A stretch of 64,000 bases of DNA from positions 579,791-643,790 of the forward strand of contig CAWFJJ010000028.1 of the NCBI GenBank assembly GCA_963816185.1. The letters run 5' to 3'. The notes below the pieces were generated by a model. That model did not search any database, was not told the DNA's origin, and saw nothing but the letters and a program-made list of their open reading frames with translations. The position numbers and the translations under genes are program-made. Of the stretch, positions 38,094-50,411 are shown in pieces. Each line of letters begins with the position of its first letter. Position 1 is the stretch's first letter. This DNA comes from Thermoanaerobaculia bacterium. GTDB taxonomy: Bacteria > Acidobacteriota > Thermoanaerobaculia > UBA5066.

Positions 38094-40457
38094 TCACTCT
38101 CTCGATTTCAGGACCTCGATGAGGTCGAGCCGGCGGATGCGTCCCCAGACGGCGAGCGCGGACACCCCCGCGGCGGCGGCGATCACGAGCGCGGCGAACG
38201 CGAACGACCTGGGTGTCAGGACGAGCGGGAGGCGGAACGTCTCCCGCTGATAGAGCGGCAGGATCGCGCGGCAGATCCACTTCCCCGTGAGGGCGCCGAG
38301 CGGGACCGCGGCTAGGGTCAGGATCGCCTGCTCCCCGAGCAGCATCCGGGAGACTTCCCCGGACGTGAAGCCGAGAACGCGCAGGCTCGCGAGCTCGCGC
38401 GCGCGCTGCGCGAGAGAGATGCGGGCCGAGTTGAAAACGACCGCGAAGGCGATCGCGCACGCAAAGAACACGATGATCCCCGTCATGACGCCGAAGCTCT
38501 TCGCGAACGTCTCCTCGAAGGAGGCGAGCGATACGGTGCGGAACGACGCGCCGGCGACGGCCGGCGTTCGCTTAAGGCGCGCGTAGAGGTCGGTCGCCGC
38601 GGCCGGATCTACCTGGAGGAACGCCCCCGAGACGACTCCCTCGTCCCCGAGGAGTCGGTCCAGCGCGCCGCGCTCCATGTACGCCGAGAACCCGACGGGC
38701 TCGTCGACGACTCCCGCGAGCACGACGTCCCGGACGGGCCGAGCCCCTTCGAGGACCTCCGCCGTGAGGACGTCGCCGGGGCGCGCGCCGAGAACGTCGG
38801 CGAGTCCGGCCGTCAGGAGAAGGCCATCGGGCGGCAGCGGCACGGGCCTCAGGTCGCGATCCAGCAGGCGGTGCATCTCGGCGTCCCGGTCGAGGCCGAA
38901 GAGAGCGACGCGCCGACTGCGGTGCTCGAAGCGAAGGCGGGCGGGAACGGCACGAAACGGCTCGGCGCGCCGGACGCCCGGCAGCCGCCCGATCTCGAAG
39001 CGGGTCTCGCGCGGGCGCGGCTGCTGAAAGAGGATCGTCATGTCCTCGCGCTGGATCTCCCGGAACTGCACGTCGACGAGCCAGTCCACCGCATCCCTCA
39101 GGAATCCCCCGAGAACGAGGATGGCGAACGCGAGAGCGATGCCGAAGGCCGAAAGCACGGCGCGTCCCGGGCGGCGCTCGAGATTGCGCAGGATGATGCG
39201 GCCCGGCGTGGCGAGATGGCGCGCGAGACCGAGGCGGTCGAGCGGCGCCGGCGTAAAGCGCGGCGGCGCCTCCGGGCGCATCGCCTCGGCCGGCGGCAGG
39301 CGCACGGCGCGCTGGACGGCGCCGATCGAGCCGACTGCGGCCGCGGCGAGCGTGAGCCCCACGGCCACGCCGATCACGGTGGCGTTCGCCTCGTAACGCA
39401 TGACGGGGAACCGGAAGTACTGCCCGTAGAGCTCGTTCACGGCGACACCGAGGCGCACCCCGGCCGCGACCCCGAGCGCCGAGCCGACGAGCACGGCGGC
39501 GAGGGCCAGCTTGAGGTAGTGGCCGCCGAGCGTCGCGTTCGAGTACCCGAACGCCTTGAGGACGCCGATCTGCTCGCGTTGAGTCGAGACGAGGCGCGAG
39601 AGCACGAGGTTCAGCAGGAACGCCGAGACCCCGAGGAAGATGAACGGGATGACAGTGCCGGTGGCCTGGTTCTCGGCGATCTCGTCCGTCAGGAAGCGGT
39701 TCGACACCTGGTCCGCGGCCGCCACCGCGCCGAGGCCGCCCCAGGGCGCGAGGACGCGGTCCACTTCCGCCATCACGCCTCCAACGCGTGATCCCTTTCC
39801 GAGGCTGAGCACGACGTCGTTGAACGCCCCGTCCATGTCGAAAGCCGGCGCCATCACTTCGCGGCTCATCCAGACGACTCCGAACCGGCGGTTGTCGGGC
39901 AGGATGTCACCCCCCCGCACCTCGTAGACGTATTCGGGCGAAAGACCGACTCCGACGATCCGCAGCCTCTCCCACCGGCCGTTCAGGATGACGCCGACCG
40001 TGTCGCCGGGCGAGAGTCCGTTCGCGTTCGCGAAGGCCTCGCTCACGACGGCCTCGTTCGGCCGGCCGGGTTCCGGGAGGCGCCCGCTCCGCACGTGCAG
40101 GGCGTTCAGCCGGGGAGCCGTGCGATCCGGAATCGACACGAGGCGCAGGGTCGCCGGCTCCGCGAGCCCCGCGACGTCGGCCGTCACCTCGAAGACCAGC
40201 CGCGTCTCGACGGCCTCGACGCCCGGGATCCGTTCGACCGACCGCGCGACCGCTTCCGGCGCGCGCTTGAGCGACGCGAAGACGTCCGCGAAACGGTACT
40301 GCTCGTAGTACGCCTCCCGGGAGAGGACGAGGGACTCGTACGCGGTGAACGTCGTCACGACCGTCGCGACGCCGCATGCGACGACGACCGTGATGGCCGC
40401 GAGCGGTCCCCGCATGTGCCAGAGGTCCCGGACGAGCATGCGGTCGAGCGTCTTCAC
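38094..40457 (-). CDS. FtsX/MacB-like ABC permease
   Basis: Two FtsX-like repeats (QREQIGVLKAFGY; RELASLRVLGF). Confidence 0.9.
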   Translation of the reverse strand: MKTLDRMLVRDLWHMRGPLAAITVVVACGVATVVTTFTAYESLVLSREAYYEQYRFADVFASLKRAPEAVARSVERIPGVEAVETRLVFEVTADVAGLAEPATLRLVSIPDRTAPRLNALHVRSGRLPEPGRPNEAVVSEAFANANGLSPGDTVGVILNGRWERLRIVGVGLSPEYVYEVRGGDILPDNRRFGVVWMSREVMAPAFDMDGAFNDVVLSLGKGSRVGGVMAEVDRVLAPWGGLGAVAAADQVSNRFLTDEIAENQATGTVIPFIFLGVSAFLLNLVLSRLVSTQREQIGVLKAFGYSNATLGGHYLKLALAAVLVGSALGVAAGVRLGVAVNELYGQYFRFPVMRYEANATVIGVAVGLTLAAAAVGSIGAVQRAVRLPPAEAMRPEAPPRFTPAPLDRLGLARHLATPGRIILRNLERRPGRAVLSAFGIALAFAILVLGGFLRDAVDWLVDVQFREIQREDMTILFQQPRPRETRFEIGRLPGVRRAEPFRAVPARLRFEHRSRRVALFGLDRDAEMHRLLDRDLRPVPLPPDGLLLTAGLADVLGARPGDVLTAEVLEGARPVRDVVLAGVVDEPVGFSAYMERGALDRLLGDEGVVSGAFLQVDPAAATDLYARLKRTPAVAGASFRTVSLASFEETFAKSFGVMTGIIVFFACAIAFAVVFNSARISLAQRARELASLRVLGFTSGEVSRMLLGEQAILTLAAVPLGALTGKWICRAILPLYQRETFRLPLVLTPRSFAFAALVIAAAAGVSALAVWGRIRRLDLIEVLKSRE

Positions 40458-40458
40458 G

Positions 40459-41178
40459 TCACCACTCCAGCTCGGCGGGAGTGATCTTCTTCTCGTTCCG
40501 CGTCTCGGAAGCGATGCGGCCGCTCTGCATCCTCAGAACGCGGTCCGCGATCCCCGCGACGGCCGCGTTGTGCGTGATGACTGCCGTGGTCGTGCCGAGC
40601 GTCCTGTTCACCTCCACGAGGGCCTCGAGGACGATCTTTCCCGTCGCCGCGTCGAGGGCACCGGTCGGCTCGTCGCAGAGGAGCACGTCCGGCCTCTTCG
40701 CGATCGCGCGGGCGATCGCGACGCGCTGCTGCTCGCCGCCCGAAAGCTGCGCGGGGAAGTGGTCGAGCCGGGCCCCGAGGCCTACGAGGCGCAGACAATC
40801 GGCGGGGTCAAGCGGGTTCGAGGCGATCTCCGTCACGAGCGCGACGTTTTCCCGCGCAGTGAGGCTGGGGATCAGGTTGTAGAACTGGAACACGAATCCC
40901 ACATGCTCGCGGCGAAAGCGGGTCCTCTCCTTGTCGTCCGCGGTCGTGAGGTCGTGGTCGAAGAAAAGAACCGTCCCGCTCGTCGGGACGTCGAGGCCGC
41001 CAAGGATGTTGAGGAGCGTCGACTTGCCGCCGCCGGAGGGGCCGAGGAGGACGAGGAACTCCCCACGGTGGATCTCGAGGTCGGTGGAGCGAAGCGCGTG
41101 CACCTCCACTTCGCCGGTCTTGTAGACCTTGGTGAGGGCCCGCGCGCGCAGAACCGGCGCCTCGACCACCTGAACCAA
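40459..41178 (-). CDS. ABC transporter ATP-binding protein (LolD/MacB-like)
   Basis: [29 protein letters not shown]. Confidence 0.95.
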   Translation of the reverse strand: MVQVVEAPVLRARALTKVYKTGEVEVHALRSTDLEIHRGEFLVLLGPSGGGKSTLLNILGGLDVPTSGTVLFFDHDLTTADDKERTRFRREHVGFVFQFYNLIPSLTARENVALVTEIASNPLDPADCLRLVGLGARLDHFPAQLSGGEQQRVAIARAIAKRPDVLLCDEPTGALDAATGKIVLEALVEVNRTLGTTTAVITHNAAVAGIADRVLRMQSGRIASETRNEKKITPAELEW

Positions 41179-41258
41179 GGGTGCCGCCCGCCCTGAGAGC
41201 GTGTCTCTAGTGCCGGCGCATCAGGCGCGCAAACCCAACTCGCGCTAGCATCTTCTCG

Positions 41259-41696
41259 ATGGTGCCTTCGGCCTTCTCCATCCTCGTCCCCGTGGACTTC
41301 TCGCCCGTTTCCATCAAGGTGTTGCGCGAGGCGGGCAGGCTTGCGGACCCGATGGGCGCGTCGCTCACGCTGCTCCACGTCCGGCCGATCTCGGACGTCC
41401 GCGCGGCCATCGCGGAAGGGCGGGAAGACCTCCTGAAAGGGCCGCCCCGGGCGCTCTCCTCCGCGATGAAACGCCACTATGCCGAGCGGCTCGCCGCCCT
41501 CGCGGCGCGTTCGGGCGCCGCCGAAAAGCGCCTCGTCTCGGGGCGGGCAAGCCGCGAGATCATCCGGGCCGCAAAGGGCTTCGACCTCGTCGTCATGGGC
41601 CGGACCGGCCGCGGCGGGCTACGCGGTTTCCTCGGAGGCACGACCCAGAAGGTCCTCGCCGCCTGCCCGATCCCGGTGGCCGTGGCCCCGATGTGA
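41259..41696 (+). CDS. Universal stress protein
   Basis: ILVPVDFS, LLHV, DLVVMGRTGRG..FLGGT..V...CP.PV. Confidence 0.88.
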   Translation: MVPSAFSILVPVDFSPVSIKVLREAGRLADPMGASLTLLHVRPISDVRAAIAEGREDLLKGPPRALSSAMKRHYAERLAALAARSGAAEKRLVSGRASREIIRAAKGFDLVVMGRTGRGGLRGFLGGTTQKVLAACPIPVAVAPM

Positions 41697-41754
41697 GTCT
41701 CGCCAAGCTCCCGTTGAGAACCCGTCGCGCCGAGAGGCGTAAAATACGTTCCCT

Positions 41755-42666
41755 ATGGCACAGCGACCGACAGGCACCGCGACGATCTCCTTCGGCCTCG
41801 TGTCGATCCCGGTGAACCTCTTCTCGGCGAGCGAGTCGAAGGCCGCGATCTCCTTCAACATGCTGCACGACGAGGACCACGCCCGCGTGAAGCAGCAGCT
41901 CGTCTGCAGCAAGGACGGCGCGACGGTGGAGCGCGACCACATCGTCAAGGGCTACGAGTTCGAGAAGGGCCAGTATGTCGTCTTCACACCCGAGGAGCTC
42001 AAGGCCCTCGAGGAGCAGTCGAACCAGATCATGGAGATCACCGAGTTCGTCCCACTCGCGAAGATCGACCCCGTCTATTTCGACAAAGGCTATTACCTGT
42101 CGCCCGGCAAGGGCGGCGACAAGGCCTACCGCCTCCTCGCGAAGGCGATGACGGAGACCGGGCGCTGCGGCCTCGCGAAATACGCGGCGCGCGGCAAGCA
42201 GTACCTCGTCGTCGTGCGTCCCGTCACAGGCCACGAGGGCGGACTCATGATGCAGCAGCTCAACTACGCCGACGAGATCCGCTCCTTCACGGAGGTGGAA
42301 GTCCCCGACGTCGAGGTGAAGGATGCCGAGCTGAAGCTCGCGATCATGCTCACGGACCAGATCGCATCCGACGAGTTCCATCCCGAGAACTACAAGGACG
42401 AGGTCAAGGAGCGCGTCGAGGGCCTCATCCAGAAGAAGATCGCCGGCCAGGAGATTTCCGAGTCGAAGCCGGAAGCGCCCAAGAGGCAGGTCATCGATCT
42501 CATGGAAGCTCTCAAGGCGAGCCTCGCGGCGCGCGGCGGACGCCGTAAGGAAGCCGCCTCGACGCCGGCGAAGCCGGAGCGCAAGCCCGCCGTGCGGGCG
42601 GCCCGGGAGGAAACCGGCGAGAAGCCCAGGCTCAGGGCGGTCGGAAACGGGAAAAAGAGCCGCTGA
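41755..42666 (+). CDS. ku: Ku DNA end-binding protein (NHEJ)
   Basis: ISFGLVSIPV, IVKGYE, IDPVYFDKGYYL, VIDLMEALKASL, basic tail. Confidence 0.93.
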   Translation: MAQRPTGTATISFGLVSIPVNLFSASESKAAISFNMLHDEDHARVKQQLVCSKDGATVERDHIVKGYEFEKGQYVVFTPEELKALEEQSNQIMEITEFVPLAKIDPVYFDKGYYLSPGKGGDKAYRLLAKAMTETGRCGLAKYAARGKQYLVVVRPVTGHEGGLMMQQLNYADEIRSFTEVEVPDVEVKDAELKLAIMLTDQIASDEFHPENYKDEVKERVEGLIQKKIAGQEISESKPEAPKRQVIDLMEALKASLAARGGRRKEAASTPAKPERKPAVRAAREETGEKPRLRAVGNGKKSR

Positions 42667-43490
42667 AGGGCTATTCCGCTTCCAACGTCGCGTCGTTGCT
42701 GGGCGTTTCCGTCGCGCAGGTGCGGGCCTGGGCTGACGTGCTGGAGATCGAGCGCGAGGCCGACGGTTCGCACCGCTTTCGCTTTCGCGATCTCGTCCTC
42801 CTGCGCACCGCCAAGGGGCTCGCCGACGCGAAGGTCCCAGCGGCCACGGTGAAACGCGCGCTGAGGAAGTTGCGCAGCCAGCTACCCGAGGGCCGGCCCC
42901 TGACGGCCGTGCGGATCGCGGCTGACGGCAAACGCGTCGTCGTGCGTGACGGCACCGCGGCGTGGAATCCGGAGTCCGGGCAGACGCTCTTCGACTTCGC
43001 GGTGGCCGACCTCGCCACCGCCGCCGCCCCGCACGCCAGGCGCGCAGCCGAGGAGGCTCGCCAGGAGGGCGGGAAGCTGACAGCGGACGACTGGTACCGT
43101 CTGGGCTGCGAGGTGGAAGCGGTCTCCCCCGCCGACGCACGCGATGCTTATCGGCGCGCCGTCGAGCTGGAGCCGCACCATGCCGACGCGCACGTGAACC
43201 TCGGGCGCCTCCTCCACGAGGAGGGCAAGACCGGGGCCGCCGAGGTCCATTACCGCATCGCGCTCACGTCGAAGCCGAAGCACGCGGCCGCCGCGTTCAA
43301 CCTCGGCGTCGCGCTCGAGGACCGCGGCCGTCTCCCCGAGGCCGCGCAGGCCTACGAGCGCGCGCTCGCGTCGGACCCCGACATGGCCGACGCGCACTAC
43401 AACCTCGGCCTCCTCTACGAGAAGCTCGGCAAGGGCCCTGCGGCCATCCGGCACTTGTCGGCTTACAAGAAGGCGCTCGAAGGACGTTGA
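42663..43490 (+). CDS. MerR-like HTH + TPR protein
   Basis: GYS...VA.LLGVS..QVR.W, F.FRDL, then 4 TPR repeats; frame is open from a CTG overlapping the Ku stop, so the start is uncertain. Confidence 0.75.
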   Translation: MKGYSASNVASLLGVSVAQVRAWADVLEIEREADGSHRFRFRDLVLLRTAKGLADAKVPAATVKRALRKLRSQLPEGRPLTAVRIAADGKRVVVRDGTAAWNPESGQTLFDFAVADLATAAAPHARRAAEEARQEGGKLTADDWYRLGCEVEAVSPADARDAYRRAVELEPHHADAHVNLGRLLHEEGKTGAAEVHYRIALTSKPKHAAAAFNLGVALEDRGRLPEAAQAYERALASDPDMADAHYNLGLLYEKLGKGPAAIRHLSAYKKALEGR

Positions 43491-43527
43491 GCCCAGGCCC
43501 CGCGGCCTCGACCGTGGAGCCGGCTCG

Positions 43528-43908
43528 CTATCCCTGTTGAGCTTTCTTCAATGCCAGAAACGCCTCAGCCTTCTTGATGTCCTTGAGCTTGGCCAGATAC
43601 GTCAGCACCGAATTCCACAGGCCGGACCCGCCACTCGCGAGGAGGCCCAACCCAAGAATGGACCAGAAATCCGCCCGCTTCGCGACCTCGGGCGGAATGT
43701 AGCTGCTGGCCAGGAACGCGGTGAACACGCCTGCAGCAACCGCGAGGACCTGGACCAAGGAACGCCGCAGGCTCTCCTTCTTCGGGTCAACGGTGTTCGA
43801 TTTGTCCAGCCAGGGGATGAATCCCTTGATGATGTCTGTCAGACGTTCTGACGCGATGCTCAGCGTCAGAATTACGCTGACGATCGACGTGAGCTTCACG
43901 GCATCCAT
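43528..43908 (-). CDS. Small membrane protein
   Basis: 3 hydrophobic segments; GLLASGGSGLWN; GGAG RBS. Confidence 0.65.
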   Translation of the reverse strand: MDAVKLTSIVSVILTLSIASERLTDIIKGFIPWLDKSNTVDPKKESLRRSLVQVLAVAAGVFTAFLASSYIPPEVAKRADFWSILGLGLLASGGSGLWNSVLTYLAKLKDIKKAEAFLALKKAQQG

Positions 43909-43966
43909 GTTCGCTCTCCTTTGTTGAGGCGGCTGTCACCGCGAGAGCGTCCGCAGAACCCTCTCG

Positions 43967-45175
43967 TCACAGCTTCAGCCAGTCCCCGAGCTTGTCGAGA
44001 TTGAAGCTGACCCCGGCCCGCAACGCCGGCTTGTATGAGGAGCCGGGAGCCTGATCCCCCGAGGCCGCGACTCGGTCCTGCCTCGTCCACACATACGCTC
44101 CAAACGCCTGGAACAGATCGAGCTTGATCCCACCCAGGTCCAACGCCGGCGGCCGGAAGCCGAGCCCGAATCCCCATGCGTCCGACGGGCGGCTGCTGAG
44201 CTTGATGAATCCCTTCAGCACGACGCTCGACAGGCCGACCGATCGCGGCTTTGTCAGAACGTCGCCGAACGGGACGTAGTCAAGCCCCAGGAACACCACC
44301 GTCGGCGTCGTCTTCGGCTGCAGCGTCCTCGAGGCGCTGTCGTATACGACGTCGGACACCTTCGTCACCGGCAGATCCAGAGACAAGAACAGCGACTCAA
44401 CGGGGCCCGTGCTAACAGTCAGCGACCGCTGAATGCAGTCATCGTTCTTACAGCTGTCGTCCGCAATTGTCGTGGAGCCGTTCTTCGTGCGAACGCTACG
44501 AGCACCGATCGCCACGGTTGCACGTCGCTCCGCAAGAGTGATCCTTTGCGCGACTACCCGGACGGTAGGCTGTACCGGCGGTACCGCTCCCTGTTGCTGG
44601 CGTTCCACCCCTTTCGTCACGGTCGTGATGAGCTTTTCAAGATCTTGCGCAAGTTGCGTCAGCCGCTTCGTTTCCTTCACCACCGAAACGGGCTCGTGGT
44701 CGTCCAAATAGTCGGCTAAAAGCAGCAGAAGGATCTCATCGCCTGCCTTCGACACGATCCGTGTCGGATCCGTTGCCGGCGGCAGAGAGGTCAAGTTCTC
44801 CAAGAACTCTTTCTCAGCCTTCAATGTATTGGCGTCTGAAAACGCCTTCAGGGAGACGGTCAGCTTGGATAGCGCCGCGTGTTCCGGGGTGGCTGTAACC
44901 CAGGTAGGAGACTTCGGCCATGTCAGTCGGTCCTTTCCCTGGGCACCCGCTTTCGTAACATCGATGACCACGACGGCTCTCACGCGTGCTTCGTCGGCGG
45001 CGGAAGGCACTGCGACCCCGACTGCGAGCGCCATGGCAAAGGCGAGCAGACAAGATGACCTGAAGAATCCTTTCGCAAGGGCCGGAGGCATGGATTGAGC
45101 TCCTTTTGAGGCCACTCGTCGCTTGAGGCGCCGAGAGTCCACACGAGAATCGCTGGACGACGTCACACAGTTCAT
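43967..45175 (-). CDS. Hypothetical exported protein, beta-strand-rich C-terminus
   Basis: Signal-peptide-like segment after the internal Met (MPPALAK...VPSAA); amphipathic C-terminal strands. Confidence 0.6.
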   Translation of the reverse strand: MNCVTSSSDSRVDSRRLKRRVASKGAQSMPPALAKGFFRSSCLLAFAMALAVGVAVPSAADEARVRAVVVIDVTKAGAQGKDRLTWPKSPTWVTATPEHAALSKLTVSLKAFSDANTLKAEKEFLENLTSLPPATDPTRIVSKAGDEILLLLLADYLDDHEPVSVVKETKRLTQLAQDLEKLITTVTKGVERQQQGAVPPVQPTVRVVAQRITLAERRATVAIGARSVRTKNGSTTIADDSCKNDDCIQRSLTVSTGPVESLFLSLDLPVTKVSDVVYDSASRTLQPKTTPTVVFLGLDYVPFGDVLTKPRSVGLSSVVLKGFIKLSSRPSDAWGFGLGFRPPALDLGGIKLDLFQAFGAYVWTRQDRVAASGDQAPGSSYKPALRAGVSFNLDKLGDWLKL

Positions 45176-45612
45176 TTGCGGCTGCGTGGCCTGCTTTTCG
45201 ATGAGCGGCCGCCGGCGCGCTGCTTCTTGCCGCCGCCTTTCACGGGCTTGGGATGGTCAATAGGGTAGGGCTGGACGTGCACTTCGGGATCAAGTGAGAT
45301 TTGCTTCCCATCTGGGGTCGTGACGACGACCGTGTACTTGAATATGTGGCCTCCGTGGTGTCCGTCTTTGACCACGTCTGACAGGACATCCCGGCGCAAG
45401 ACCGGGCCGTTGTGATCTGAACAGAACGGTGCGGGATGATTTTTCTTGAAGGTAATTGAGACAATGGAACCTTCGCCAGAGAGAAACCAGTGAACGCGTT
45501 CTTGTTTTTGGATTGAGATGGGCACCCTGTTGGGCAGAACCGTGAGAGAGTCTCCAGTATTGTGGATAATGACTGGTTGCTGAGCGGTGAGGCTGTGAGG
45601 GGGGCGGGCCAT
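45172..45612 (-). CDS. Small beta-sandwich protein, DP-EP/AidA-like C-terminal pattern
   Basis: FKYTVVV...ISLDPEVHVQP; ATG at 45612 with GGAGG RBS. Confidence 0.5.
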   Translation of the reverse strand: MARPPHSLTAQQPVIIHNTGDSLTVLPNRVPISIQKQERVHWFLSGEGSIVSITFKKNHPAPFCSDHNGPVLRRDVLSDVVKDGHHGGHIFKYTVVVTTPDGKQISLDPEVHVQPYPIDHPKPVKGGGKKQRAGGRSSKSRPRSRK

Positions 45613-45632
45613 GCGAAACCTCCTGACGTCGG

Positions 45633-48224
<2,592 letters not shown>

Positions 48225-48334
48225 TTATGCGTCTCCTTACTACAGGGATAGGGCTTTTCATTCGCGCCGGCAAGGGTTCTGCCGACTTGGCCGAGGCGGC
48301 CGAGAGGCGCGAGAATCCGTACGGAGGAGGACGC

Positions 48335-48832
48335 ATGAACCACGAGGAGTTCCGCTCGCTCGTCGAGGATCTGCGGCGCACACCGGCGCGCCTCCGGGAG
48401 CTCATGGCGGGTCTCCCGCTCGAGAAAGAGGCCCACAAGCCCGGCCCCGACGCTTTCTCCGCGCGCGAGAACGTCCATCATCTCCGGGACATCGAGGCGG
48501 AAGGCTACGGCGTTCGGCTCCTCCACATGCTCGGGGAGCAGGATCCCGTCCTGAAGGACATCGACGGCAGCGCCCTCGCGCGCGAGCGGAATTACAACGC
48601 GATTCCTTCAGGGCCCGCGCTCGAGGAATTCGCCCTTCTCCGAGCGGCGAACGTCGAACGCCTCCAGCGCCTCGCGCAGGAGGACCTGGAGCGAAAGGGG
48701 TCGTGGGAAAAGGTTGGTCCCGTCACCCTCGGGAAGGTCCTCGAGATGTGGCGGAACCATGACCGCGGCCACCTCGACGAGATCGCCTGGCTCGCGGGCC
48801 GGCTTCCGGCCGAGCCGAAGCACAACGGCTGA
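48335..48832 (+). CDS. DinB family protein
   Basis: FSARENVHHL..E, F..LR, HD.GHL; GGAGG RBS. Confidence 0.8.
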   Translation: MNHEEFRSLVEDLRRTPARLRELMAGLPLEKEAHKPGPDAFSARENVHHLRDIEAEGYGVRLLHMLGEQDPVLKDIDGSALARERNYNAIPSGPALEEFALLRAANVERLQRLAQEDLERKGSWEKVGPVTLGKVLEMWRNHDRGHLDEIAWLAGRLPAEPKHNG

Positions 48833-48856
48833 CGCCGGGATGCGCCTCGAGGCGGC

Positions 48857-50217
48857 CCATACGGCGTGATCGTGATCGTTCCGGTCATCCCGCCGTGCTC
48901 GGTCACCGTTCCGCAAGCGCTATTCGTGCAGGCGTACGAGTACGATCCGATCTGGCCGGCGCCGGGCATGAAATTCCGCACGCAGGGAAGAGCTGCCGTG
49001 ATCAGGGCGCATGGCGCGATTCCGAGCACCTCCAGCCCGCCCATCCCGTGGGCCGTCGCCTCGGCGGCAGGCGTCGTCCACGTGATCACGTACGCCTGGC
49101 CCACCTTGAGATTCACGTTGTTGGACGTGTACGTCCAGTGCGTGCCCCCGGTCGTCGTGGCGCTGATGCCGATCGCGACCGGCGCCGAGCTCGTCACGAT
49201 GACGTCGCGGAAGGCGCTGCTCGAGCCGCCGGCGTTGTCGACGAACAGCGCGGATTTGTAAGTGCCGGGGGCGGCGTACGTGTGCTGGACCACGCCGGAT
49301 CCCGCGGCGCTGAACGCCCCGTCCCCGAAGGCCCAGAACCGATTGACGGGCGCGCCCGACGACGTATCGGTGAGCGTCACCGGCTGCCCGGTCGCCGGGC
49401 TGGCTGACACGGTGTACGACGCCGACGGCTCGGCCGTCATGACGATCGCGAACGGGTCACCCGAGGCGTTGTTGATGACGGAGGCGAACGCGAGGACCGG
49501 CTGGTCGCTCGTGAACTCCAACCAGAGGTTCGTGTCCGTCGTGCCGAGGACGCCGGGGAACGCGCCCCTGTCGTCGATTGCCTTCTGGACGAGAGAGTTC
49601 GAGCCGACGGAGATCGTCGCGCTCGAGAGCTGCGTCCCGTCACCCTTTCGGATCGTCGCCGTCACGTTCGCCGGCGCCGCTCCCGGGTTCACGAAGTCGA
49701 CGTTGCTGCGATAGCCCGGCGCTGCGTCCGCGCTCGCCGCGAGCTGCACGAGCGTGCCGGCCTTGAGGGCCTGACTCATCTCGATGCCGGGAAGCCACTG
49801 GCCGGACGTGGAGCCGTTGGAGCAGGCATTCACGTTGTTCACGCCCGACGAGACGATGAGGGTCCCGGCCGACTGGAAGCGGATGGGCCCGAACACGCCG
49901 ATCGACTGGGCGAAGAGACTCTGCAACACGTTGTCGTACGCGAGCTGCTGGCGCGGGCCGATCGTGACGACCGGCATCTGCACCGTGCTCACGACGTTCC
50001 CGGCACCGTCAGAGCGGTAGAAAACGGGTGTGAAGTCCACCGGGGAGCTCGTCGGATTGAACACGCGCACGTCGGAATGAAATTCCGCGCTGTTTCTCCC
50101 GGACGAGAACGCCGACGAAGGAATCACGACGTCGGCGGAAGCGGTTCCCGAAATCACAACCGCGAGAGAGACGACCAAGACCTGAACGGCGGGACGAACG
50201 TTTCGAGTTGATCGCAT
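48857..50217 (-). CDS. Exported PKD-domain protein with C-terminal cupredoxin-like motif (3' end uncertain)
   Basis: Signal peptide; PKD WAFGDG..HTY..PG.Y; C-terminal H...CTNSACG....H..M. Confidence 0.65.
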
Positions 50218-50411
50218 CGATGCCTCTCTTGCATCGGACGAAAGCAACGTCCGTTCCGCCCCTCCGCGCCCTCCCGGGATGGCGGAATTGTGATTTGCGA
50301 CATGCCGGCGTCCCGGAGTTCATACCAACTCCTGGGCAAACTTGTGTGATGCCGCTCATCTCGAAAACGGCCCGGGGACGCCTACGCTTCGCTGCCGGGA
50401 GGACACATTCC

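Noticed and set aside
93-38460. Long Arg/Pro/Ala-rich alternative-frame and antisense ORFs (e.g. 93..1874, 25793..29020, 36325..38250)
   Set aside because: Shadow ORFs expected in high-GC DNA; they overlap well-supported genes and show no motifs
48592-48856. C-terminal extension of the PKD protein across dinB
   Set aside because: The domain ends at GTITITP; the remainder is antisense to dinB and probably reflects a lost stop
50289-50360. CRP-like TGTGA half-sites between the PKD and CHRD genes
   Set aside because: Second half-sites match poorly; not supportable
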